In this document: in pieces, positions 26,590 through 37,007 of the stretch
Position numbering within the stretch: position 1 is the first letter of the stretch
Layout: each line of letters starts with the position of its first letter
Source of the DNA: Macrostomum lignano
Taxonomy: Eukaryota
DNA length: 64,000 nt
Assembly: GCA_002269645.1 (NCBI GenBank)
Contig: NIVC01000030.1
Location: forward strand, 26,570-90,569
Reading direction: 5' to 3'
Notes under the pieces: generated by a model
Told to the model about the DNA's origin: nothing
What the model saw: only the letters and a program-made list of their open reading frames with translations
The model's database searches: none
Made by a program: the position numbers and the translations under genes

Positions 26590-27050
26590 GATAGTTGACA
26601 CCCCAATTAGGCGACTTCTGACACCTTAATTAGGCAAAGTCTGGCACGCAAATTAGACTACTCCTGACACTCAAATTAGGCCATTTCTGATAGCTAATAG
26701 AGGCGACTTCTGACACCCAAATTAGGCAAAGTCTGATACTCGAATTAGAAAAATTCTGACACCCAAATTCGACAACTTCTGACACCCAAATTAGACAAAT
26801 TCTTACACCCAAATCAGGGGACTTCTGACACCCTAATTAGGCAAAGTCTGGCACGCAAATTAGGCCATTTCTGACACCTAATATAGGCAACTTCTGACAC
26901 TCAAATTAGACGACTTCTAACACCCGACCGAATTAGGCAATGTCTGACACCCAAATTAGGTGACTTCTGACACCCCAACTAGGCGACTTCTGAAACTCAA
27001 ATTAGGCCACTCCTGACATTCACATTAGGCCATTTCTGACACCCGGATTA
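26590..27050. repeat. Degenerate minisatellite of about 21-23 bp, TTCTGACACCCAAATTAGGCGAC
   Basis: Directly visible downstream of TMEM9. Confidence 0.85.
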
Positions 27051-27827
27051 AGCGTCTGTGATCCCCTGATTGGTGTCCTCTTAAAGACCTAGCAAATAAT
27101 TGGAGGTTCTCTTCCAGGTCTTTTCCGTACCCTCGTTTAGCTTTCTATGCGATCAATAAAAGTACAGCTACGATTACGAAGCAATGAGTGTTTTTTTAAA
27201 ACACTCAGCTCGTGCAATAAATTCAAATGCTGTGCTACCATTGCAATACGTTTAAACAATTTTTGTTTTACATTTTTGCTTGGATTTGAATTTTGCATAC
27301 AAACGCGCTATTCTAAGTTGTATTAGTGGCTAAATAATCTGGTCATGATTTTATATTATCTTATCGTTAAAAACCTTTAAATCTATCTATATGTGCTTTT
27401 AATGTTCAAAGGTGTACTTTTAGTTCAGAATTTTAAGATTTCACAACGATTATTTTGTTTTTATTAGTTGCCTTCAAAAGCTTTAATATTGTAACGAATA
27501 TTTTTTTACCCTTAACTGAGATTGGTCACGCTTATTGGTAAAGATTTTTGGCTCCAAGCAATAATTCGATTATAATCTTTGTTATGTAGCGAACATTTTT
27601 CTTGAAAAAAACGTTTTAAATCTTTATTTGCATTTTTAATAAAAAATTATAATTTTTTGTAATTTATAACGCCCTACTATAGTACTTAAATCTGAGTTAT
27701 ATTCATTTCATTATTTTTGTATCTAAACTACTTAAAAGTAGGTCATAAGTAGAATAGTTGTCGTTTTGTCGAAAAATTCAATTTTTATTTGTATTTTTCT
27801 GGCTGCTTTTTAAACATTATATAGCTC

Positions 27828-30800
27828 ATGAAGCTTCGCTGCAAACTACAAGGCGGACCCACCAGTCCTCCTGGTGGCGGTGCTCAAACGGTTGAACTGT
27901 CCGATAATGCTACTCTAAGTAGTCTGATTAGCGCAGTGGCAGCCGAATATGGCGTAGCTGCCGATTCTATTCAATTGAGCCAGAATGGCCGAGACCCATT
28001 GTCAGCTCCTGCTGACTCCACGCCTGACAGTACTAGTGTCAGGAGTTTGGGTTTAGTGCCCGGCGATCTTATCTACGTGCGCTCCTCTTCTGGTACTACA
28101 GTTTCTGGTAAGTTGGCCGGCCGATATGTATGTATTTGTTATTGTTTTATTTCTTTAAACTACTGAAGGTGTCAAGTCAGTAGTCGTCATGGATATTTTT
28201 ATTAGCAAGTATGCACTTTCATCAGTTGCTCTAGAAGATGACTGACTGATACGTATCGAAGTACTGTTTTTATATAATATCCGATATGTATCGAAAAAAA
28301 TTGTTTTTTACGTTACGATATGCATCGAAGAAAATGTTTTTTAAACTATTCCATATGTATCGGAAAAAAATTCATGCTATCCGATATGTATCGAAAAACT
28401 GTTTTTTTAAATATCCGATATGTATCCAAAAACTATTTTTTAAATATCCGATATGTATCGAAAAAAGAGTTTTTCATGCTCTCCGATATGTATCAACAAA
28501 CTGTCCTTATGCTATTTGATATTTGATATGTTTCAAAAACCTGTTTATCTTCGCCGATATGTATCTGAACGAGACTGTTATTATATTATCCGATATGTAT
28601 TGAAGGACAGTTATTATACTAACCGATATGTATCGAAATTAAACTTTGCACTCTATTATTTAAAGCCACAACAGGTGCACAGCCGTCACCAAGTAACTCA
28701 GCCAAATCAACTGCGCCAACTTCTAGCAAGAGTACGCCAACAGACTCAGCAGCCGCTGTACCAATTTTAGTCGGAGAAGTGCCCAATCGTTCTGTTCAGT
28801 TGTGCCCGTCGCTGCACTTGATGCAAAGATTGTACACCAACACTACTAATAGCGGGGCTACTACTATAAGTAGCCAATTGCTTCGATTCACTCTAGCCGC
28901 CCACTGTCTCATGGTGGAGACAGGATTCTTGTCTATTGACCCGGCAACTGGTCAGACTCATCAAGATTTGCTCTCTTCAGGATTCGAACCCGCGGGCCCA
29001 GAATCCGCTGCTGCCGCTAACCGAGTACTGACTCGGTATCTTCTGCCGGCCGAGTTTACTAACCATGAATCTTCGACCACTGCTGAACCTGTCTCCTACT
29101 CTATCCAATATATTTATCATTTAACCAGACAGAGCGAATTTGGATCGGCTGCTCCTAGAATTCTACTGAAAGTAGTGCGAACTGGTCAGTTAGTATTGTG
29201 TCATTGCGCTGTTTGGCAATCGGCTGTTGTTAGTCCTGATAGTGGCAGCGAGGAGAGGCCGACTGAAACTCTGTGTTGTCACTCGTGGCACTGCAGCCTG
29301 GACCGATTCGTGCCCAGTCGGTCGTCTAGCGGTACTGGATACGAAAATTTGAAACAACTATCTGCGTTGTTTAAAGACGCTGTGAGTTTGTTCGATGTTT
29401 TTTGCTGTAGGTTAAATGCTGAGTTGGAACTAGAAGCTAGCGATATGTATTGAAACATCTTCTGGCAGGCTACTAAACAATTCAGCCGATATATATATCG
29501 AAATAATCATTATTTAGCTACAAATATCTTATTAAAATATTACAGCCGATATGTATCGAAATTTGTATAAGTAAGCAGCTTATAGCCTATTAAAATACTA
29601 CAGTGGATATATATATCGAAATATTCATTAGTTAGCTACTACTAGTAATAGTCTTTTTAAAATACTACAGCCGATATGTATCGAAATATTCATTACTTAG
29701 CTCCTAATAGCCTATTAAAGATACTACAGCCGATATGCATTGAAATATTCATTAGTTTGCTACTGATAGCCTATAAAAATATTACAGCCGATATGTATCG
29801 AAATATTTATAAGTTAGCAGCTTAAAGACTATTAAAATGCTACTGTGGATGTATATCAAATTATTTATTATTAGCCACTAATAGCCTTTTTAAAATGCTG
29901 TAGCCGATATGTATCGAAATCGTAATTAGTTTGCTGCTGGTAGCCTATTAAAAGTATTACAGCCGATATGTATCGAAGTATTTATTAGTTAGCAGCTTAT
30001 ATCCCATTAAAAATACTACAGCCGATATGTATCGAAATATTCATTAGTTTGCTGCTGGTAGCCTATCAAAAGTCAGCCGATATGTATCGAAGTATTTATT
30101 AGTTAGCAGCTTATATCCCATTAAAATGCTGCTGTGGATATATTAAAATATTTATATGGTTAGCCACTAATATGCTTTTTAAAATACTAGAGCCGATATG
30201 TATCGAAATATTCATTAGTTTGCTACTGGTAGCCTATTAAAAATATTGCAGCCGATATGTATCGAAAAAGCGTTTCCCTTTAGAATTCATCAGTGAGTCT
30301 CAGCACAATACGCACTTAAATTAAAACTGCATACTTTTACTTTATTAAGTAGTATAATTCGCGCATCAATTTTTCTAGATAGCCGAACGAGCCAAGTCGG
30401 CCATACACGAAGCCTGCGGCCTGCCGCTCCGAGGCCTGACCGGCCTGCCTACAGAGCTGGTGCTGCGGATCATGCGCTACTGCCACGGGCCTCGCGCTGT
30501 CTGCTCGCTGGGAGAGGCTTGCCGCCGTCTGCAACTGCTGCACTCTGACAACTATGTGTGGCGGCCTATGCTGGTTAGGGACTATGGCACCGGCTCTGAG
30601 AGGGTTGCTCAGTACCTGCAGGCCGAACGGCAGGTGAGCTTGCTTGGGTAAGGGTGCCGGGCCAGCCTCCCAGATCCTCAGTTGCTGGGCCAGCCTCCCA
30701 GATCCTCAGTTGCCGGGCAAGCCTCCCATATCCTCAGTTGCCGGGCCAGCCTCCCATAGTGTCAGTTGCTGGGCCAAACTCATAGATCCTCAGTTGCTGG

Positions 30801-31541
30801 GCCAGCCTCCCAGAGTGTCAGTTGCTAGGCCAGCCTCACAGATCCTCAGTTGCTGGGCCAAACTCCCAGATCCTCAGTTGCTGGGCCAGCATCCCAGAGT
30901 GTCAGTTGCTGGGCCAACCTCCCAGATTGTCAGTTGCTGGGCCAGCCTCCCAGATCCTCAGTTGCTGGGCCAGCCTCACAGATCCTCAGTTGCCGGGCCA
31001 GTCTCAAATTCCCATTTCGAGCAGTCCCAAATCCTAATTTTGAGCAGTTCCTAATCCCCATTGTGAGCAGTCCCAAATCCCCATTTTGAGCAGTCCCAAA
31101 TCTTCATTTTGAGCAGTCCCCAAATCCTCATTTCAAGCAGTACAAAATCCCCATTTTGAGTAGTCCGAAACCTCCATTTTGAGCAGTCCTAAATCCCTGT
31201 TTTGAGCAGTCCCAAATCGCCATTTTGAGCAGTTCTGAATCCCCATTTTGAACAATCCCAAATCCCCCTCTGCCACCCTGCAGGGCCTGGAGGTGAACTA
31301 CTATGAAGCCTATCGAGTATTTCACGAGGAGCGAGTCAAGCGTCGGCGAATGCTGGCAAGGCTAAGCAGCCGTGAGCTCGCCCCGTTAGCGCCGCCGGCT
31401 CCATGGCTGGATCTGCCGGGCGTGCTGCCTCCTCTAATCGGGTTGAATCCATTTCAGGCCCCGTTGATGCTGCAACCGGAAATCCCAGAATTGCCGTTCA
31501 TACCCAGGCAGCACTTTCCGCCGCCTGCGGGTGAAGATTGA
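27828..31541 (+). CDS. FBXO7: F-box only protein 7 orthologue (Ubl-like, FP/PI31-like region, F-box, Pro-rich tail)
   Basis: Exons 27828-28107, 28675-29381, 30379-30633 and 31284-31541 are phase-consistent. N-terminal MKLRCK Ubl-like segment, LKQLSALFKD, F-box GLTGLPTELVLRIMRY...VWRPMLVRDY, and a Pro-rich C-terminus. Confidence 0.85.
28245..30270. repeat. Two intronic arrays sharing the palindromic core CCGATATGTATCGAAA
   Basis: About 12 copies at about 34-bp spacing in intron 1 (28245-28640) and about 15 copies at about 59-bp spacing in intron 2 (29440-30270). Confidence 0.9.
30650..31265. repeat. FBXO7 intron 3: 28-bp CAGCCTCCCAGATCCTCAGTTGCTGGGC array followed by a ~23-bp CCCCATTTTGAGCAGTCCCAAAT array
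   Basis: Directly visible, with the switch at about 31010. Confidence 0.92.
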
Positions 31542-31689
31542 GCAACTCATTTCATAACTAAGTTGGTCATTTACGGGGCTTTGTTTGTGGAATATTGAGT
31601 TCGAGTTGAGTAAGGAACCGTTTTTTAAAAGACGTGGGCTAGTTTCAGTTGTGGTAATTTTTATGTCCGGACTATAACTGTCTTTATGC

Positions 31690-32460
31690 GAGTTTAGTTA
31701 GTTTTTTAGGTCTATTTAGTTGGTTTCAGGTCCCGTTTAGTGTTTTTTGGGTCTATTTAGCTAGTTTTAGTTCTATTTGGTTAGTTTTTTAGGTCTATCT
31801 GTTGGTTTCAGGTCCGTTTTAGTGTTTTTAGGGTCTATTTAGCTAATTTTAGTTCTATTTATAGTTAGTTTTTTAGGTCTATCTGTTGGTTTCAGGTCCG
31901 TTTTAGTGTTTTAAGGGTCTATTTAGCTAGTTTTAGTTCTATTTTGGTTAGTTTTTTAGGTCTATCTGTTGGTTTCAGGTCCGTTTTAGTGTTTTTAGGG
32001 TCTATTTAGCTAGTTTTAGTTCTATTTAGTTAGTTTTTTAGGTCTATCTAGTTGGTTTCAGGTCCGTTTAGTGTTTTTTGGGTCTATTTAGCTAGTTTTA
32101 GTTCTATTTAGTTAGTTTTTTAGGTCTATCTAGTTGGTTTCAGGTTCGTTTAGTGTTTTTTGGGTCTATTTAGCTAGTTTTAGTTCTATTTAGTTAGTTT
32201 TTTAGGTCTATCTAGTTGTTTTTAGGTCCGTTTAGTGTTTTTAGGTCTATTCAGCTAGTTTTAGTTCTATTTATAGTTTGTTTTTTAGGTCTATCTGTTG
32301 GTTTCAGGTCCGTTTTAGTGTTTTAAGGGTCTATTTAGCTAGTTTTAGTTCTATTTTGGTTAGTTTTTTAGGTCTATCTGTTGGTTTCAGGTCCGTTTTA
32401 GTGTTTTTAGGTCTATTCAGCTAGTTTTAGATCCAATTATAGTCATTTTTCGGCCCATTT
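31690..32460. repeat. T-rich tandem repeat with a unit of about 80 bp
   Basis: Recurrent GGTCTATTTAGCTAGTTTTAGTTCTATTT...GGTTTCAGGTCCGTTT. Confidence 0.9.
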
Positions 32461-32740
32461 AGCTAGTTTTAGATCTGTTTAACAGTATAACTACCAAAGA
32501 GGGCGGAATTCCCCCTCCCCTGACAATTTTTTGGCTGCGCCGGAACGGAGCAACGCAGGCACACGAAATTCAAGAACACGGACTAACTTTTTATTGCGCA
32601 CCTTCTCAAACAAGAATCAAGTCTCCAGCCCCCCCCCCGGACCGTCGAGATATTCGACGATTCTGCCAGAAGGTGGGATTTTTCCCATAAGCGCCAGTGT
32701 ATTCAGTACACCCCTGTGCGCCAATCTCCAAATTTCATCA

Positions 32741-33121
32741 GCACGTCGATCACATGTGTCTGCATCGGTTCTGCCTTCGTTGGTCGCTGGCCTTCACCCA
32801 GGTGGAGCTTCTGGACCTTCAAAAGGTGGCACTTGGTGACTATGAACACGTTGTTGCAACGTTGATCTTCATGGTCACCTAGTGCCACCTGTTGAAGGTT
32901 CGGCAGCGTCCGGGTGATGACGGAATACCTGAGAGACCAGCTGAGGATGCCCAGCAGTTGAGTTTTGCCCATTTGAAGCTTGATAAGAAAATTCTGACAT
33001 AATTGCAACAGGATCTACATTGTCACCTGGTGTCACCTGTTGGAGGTCCAGAGGCTCCACCTGGGTGGGGGCCAGTGACCAGCGGGGGCGGAACTGATGC
33101 AGACACATGTGGTCGACGTGC
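32741..33121. repeat. Long imperfect inverted repeat (arms of about 100 bp) with an inner inverted copy
   Basis: 32741-32840 pairs with 33022-33121 (GCACGTCGA.CACATGTGTCTGCATC...GGTGAC). 32874-32899 is a further inverted copy of 32815-32840. Confidence 0.85.
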
Positions 33122-33499
33122 AAGTCAAAATAGTTAGCTTCAGCTTGGATTATTTAGCCAGCTTTAGAATAGACGATCGTGTGTGATCCCCGAAATGTTC
33201 GTATGTATGCATGCACATTATTTTCATCGTCAATTGTCAACTTGGTTTACACACGTTTTCATGCTGACTCAGGCCATATTCTTTCAAAACTCGATGAACT
33301 CTGTCCGGGCGGACATCTGTCGGTTGAACTTTAAAATTGGAAAATACACGGTGGAAAACAGACTGATTGTATTGGCATTAATTTTGTTGATTTACACAAT
33401 TTTTTAATTGTTCTGTCTCGCTTTGGTTTGTTAAATATTTTACTAGGGAGTTTCGGGTCTCGTGAAATCTGAGTAATTCCCTCCGAACTCTAAAGCATC

Positions 33500-35260
33500 T
33501 AAGAATTCCCCTTTAACTTTATACTAGTAGGATAATTCCCCCTCAGCTTGATACTAATAATTCCCCTTCAGCTTGATACTAGTAGGGTAATTCCCATTCA
33601 GCTTGATACTAGTACGGTAATTCCCCTTCAGCTTGATACTAGTAGGGTAATTCCCCTTCAGCTTGATACTATTAGGGTAATTCCCCTTTAGCTTGATACT
33701 AGTAGGGTAATTCCCCTTCAGCTTGATACTAGTAGGGTAATTCCCCTTCAGCTTGATACTAGTACGGTAATTCCCCTTCAGCTTGATACTAGTAGGGTAA
33801 TTCCCCTTCAACTACGAGCGTAGTAGGGTAATTCCCCTTCAGCTTGATACTAGTAGGGTAATTCCCCTTTAGCTTGATACTAGTAGGGTAATTCCCCTTC
33901 AGCTTGATACTAGTAGGGTAATTCCCATTCAGCTTGATACTAGTAGGGTAATTCCCCTTCAGCTTGATACTAGTAGGGTAATTCCCATTCAGCTTGATAC
34001 TAGTAGGGTAATTCCCCTTTAGCTTGATACTAGTAGGGTAATTCCCCTTCAGCTTGATACTAGTAGGGTAATTCCCCTTCAGCTTGATACTAGTACGGTA
34101 ATTCCCCTTCAGCTTGATACTAGTAGGGTAATTCCCCTTCAACTACGAGCGTAGTAGGGTAATTCCCCTTCAGCTTGATACTAGTAGGGTAATTCCCCTT
34201 TAGCTTGATACTAGTAGGGTAATTCCCCTTCAGCTTGATACTAGTAGGGTAATTCCCCTTCAGCTTGATACTAGTAGGGTAATTCCCATTCAGCTTGATA
34301 CTAGTAGGGTAATTCCCCTTCAGCTTGATACTAGTAGGGTAATTCCCCTTCAACTACGAGCGTAGTAGGGTAATTCCCCTTCAGCTTGATACTAGTAGGG
34401 TAATTCCCCTTTAGCTTGATACTAGTAGGGTAATTCCCCTTCAGCTTGATACTAGTAGGGTAATTCCCCTTCAGCTTGATACTAGTAGGGTAATTCCCAT
34501 TCAGCTTGATACTAGTAGGGTAATTCCCCTTCAGCTTGATACTAGTAGGGTAATTCCCATTCAGCTTGATACTAGTAGGGTAATTCCCCTTCAGCTTGAT
34601 ACTAGTACGGTAATTCCCCTTCAGCTTGATACTAGTAGGGTAATTCCCCTTCAACTACGAGCGTAGTAGGGTAATTCCCCTTCAGCTTGATACTAGTAGG
34701 GTAATTCCCCTTTAGCTTGATACTAGTAGGGTAATTCCCCTTCAGCTTGATACTAGTAGGGTAATTCCCATTCAGCTTGATACTAGTAGGGTAATTCCCC
34801 TTCAGCTTGATACTAGTAGGGTAATTCCCATTCAGCTTGATACTAGTAGGGTAATTCCCTTTCAGCTTGATACTAGTAGGGTAATTCCCCTTCAGCTTGA
34901 TACTAGTAGGGTAATTCCCCTTCAGCTTGATACTAGTACGGTAATTCCCCTTCAGCTTGATACTAGTAGGGTAATTCCCCTTCAGCTTGATACTAGTAGG
35001 GTAATTCCCATTCAGCTTGATACTAGTAGGGTAATTCCCCTTCAGCTTGATACTAGTAGGGTAATTCCCATTCAGCTTGATACTAGTAGGGTAATTCCCT
35101 TTCAGCTTGATACTAGTAGGGTAATTCCCCTTCAGCTTGATACTAGTAGGGTAATTCCCATTCAGCTTGATACTAGTAGGGTAATTCCCCTTCAGCTTGA
35201 TACTAGTAGGGTAATTCCCCTTCAGCTTGATACTAGTAGGGTAATTCTCCTTCAGCTTGA
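33500..35260. repeat. 30-bp minisatellite TTCAGCTTGATACTAGTAGGGTAATTCCCC, roughly 58 units
   Basis: Highly homogeneous. A variant unit containing CAACTACGAGCGTAG recurs at about 33809, 34140, 34351 and 34652. Confidence 0.97.
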
Positions 35261-35324
35261 CACCAGGTAAGCAATCTTAAAAAAAACCATATTTTGAACT
35301 GCGAGAAACCTTCAGCTTTCAGCC

Positions 35325-35600
35325 ATGGCCAGCTCAGGTCCCCAGAATCCGTCTCAAATCATGCCACTGGAACTCGTTGACAAATGCATCGGTTCGAAAA
35401 TTCACATCAAAATGAAAGGCGACAAAGAACTTGTTGGCACCTTGTTGGGATTTGATCCCTACGTGAATATGGTGCTTGAGGATGTTGTGGTGTACGAGAT
35501 CAGCTCTCAGGGTAAGAAAGTTACGAGGCTTGAGCAGATATTGCTCAATGGCAACAATATTGCATTGATGATTCCCGGTGGTGAAGGACCCGACAACTGA
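35325..35600 (+). CDS. LSM5: U6 snRNA-associated Sm-like protein LSm5, coding region intronless
   Basis: 91 aa. [38 protein letters not shown]...[27 protein letters not shown] at 35700-35705. Confidence 0.97.
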   Translation: MASSGPQNPSQIMPLELVDKCIGSKIHIKMKGDKELVGTLLGFDPYVNMVLEDVVVYEISSQGKKVTRLEQILLNGNNIALMIPGGEGPDN

Positions 35601-35984
35601 TTCTGGCGTTCAATAAGTTTATTTTACTTCAACTATAAACTTTATCCTGTTTGTATATTAATAATGTTAATTGGCATTTCTTAGTTGACTAATTACACTA
35701 ATAAAGAAACCGTTTGTACCTGTAATAGTTGTTTGGTTAAAATAAAATAAACTTGGCATGTGTTGCAATACACTAGACAGTTTTCATATGGAAATATTGT
35801 CCAATAGGTATGTTTTAGCTTGTTCTTTTAATGTACTATAAACGTATAGTATACCCCCGGGTAGGCGCCTCGCCACCGGGGGGGGGGGACAGAGGGGACA
35901 TGTCCCCCAGTAAAAGCTATGGTCCCCCACCCCACCTTGTGACCCGTTGAGGTAATCAATTATTTTTCTTCAGGGCACCAAAAT

Positions 35985-36770
35985 ATAGCGCCTGCGGTGC
36001 TAAAATGAGTGCCTGCGGCGCTAAAAGGAGTGCCTGCGGCGCCAAAATGAGTGCCTGCGGCGCTAAAATGAGTGCCTGCGGCGCTATAATGAGTGCCTGC
36101 GGCGCTAAAATGAGTGCCTGCGGCGCTAAAATGAGTGCCTGCGGCGCTAAAATGAGTGCCTGCGGCGCTAAAATGAGTGCCTGCGGCGCTAAAATGAGTG
36201 CCTGCGGCGCTATAATGAGTGCATGCGGCGCTAAAATGAGCGCCTGCGGCGCTAAAATGAGTGCCTGCGGCGCTAAAATGAGTGCCTGCGGCGCTATAAT
36301 GAGTGCCTGCGGTGCTAAAATGAGTGCCTGCGGCGCTAAAATGAGTGCCTGCGGTGCTAAAATGAGTGCCTGCGGCGCTAAAATGAGTGCCTGCGGTGCT
36401 AAAATGAGTGCCTGCGGCGCTAAAATGAGTGCCTGCGGCGCTAAAATGAGTGGCTGTGGCGCTAAGATGAATGCCTGCGGCGCTAAAATGAGGGACTGCG
36501 GCGCTAAAATGAGTGCCTGCGGCGCTAAAATGAGTGCCTGCGGCGCTAAAATGAGTGCCTGCGGTGCCAAAATGAGTGCCTGCGGTGCCAAAATGAGTGT
36601 CTGCGGTGCCAAAATGAGTGTCTGCGGTGCCAAAATGAGTGCTTGCGGTGCCAAAATGAGTGCCTGCGGTGCCAAAAGGAGTGCCTGCGGCGCTAAAATG
36701 AGTGACTGCGACGCTAAAATGAGTGCCTGCGGCGCTAAAATGAGTGCCTGCGGCGCTATAATGAGCGCTG
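35985..36770. repeat. 21-bp minisatellite AAAATGAGTGCCTGCGGCGCT, possibly inside a MITE with GC-rich ends
   Basis: Directly visible. GC-rich G-run termini lie at about 35860-35910 and 36845-36873; no TSD was found. Confidence 0.93.
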
Positions 36771-37007
36771 ACAACACGTTTCTCAAAATAATGGAAATGG
36801 GAATTTAGTCATGTACAAGTACATGTTGGATTCTTGGTTTTCTCACCCCCTCCCCCCAGGGTGTACATGCCCTGACAGTTGCCAGGGTCCAACAATAATT
36901 CAAGGACTATTTGATGTTGTTTAAAAGTTTCGTAGATACTTAAAGTACTTTTTATAGTTAAAAGCTGAACTAATTATTAGCTCTTTCACTTTCAGCTGCT
37001 ATCAGTC

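Noticed and set aside
28245-28640. CRISPR-like look: palindromic repeat with variable spacers
   Set aside because: It lies in a spliceosomal intron of an animal gene. The core is only about 16 bp and degenerate, the spacers are short, AT-rich and related to each other, and no cas genes are present.
35445-35470. LSm5 GFDPYVN instead of the usual GFDDFVN as a sign of a divergent paralogue
   Set aside because: A local substitution in an otherwise typical full-length LSm5; not enough evidence by itself.
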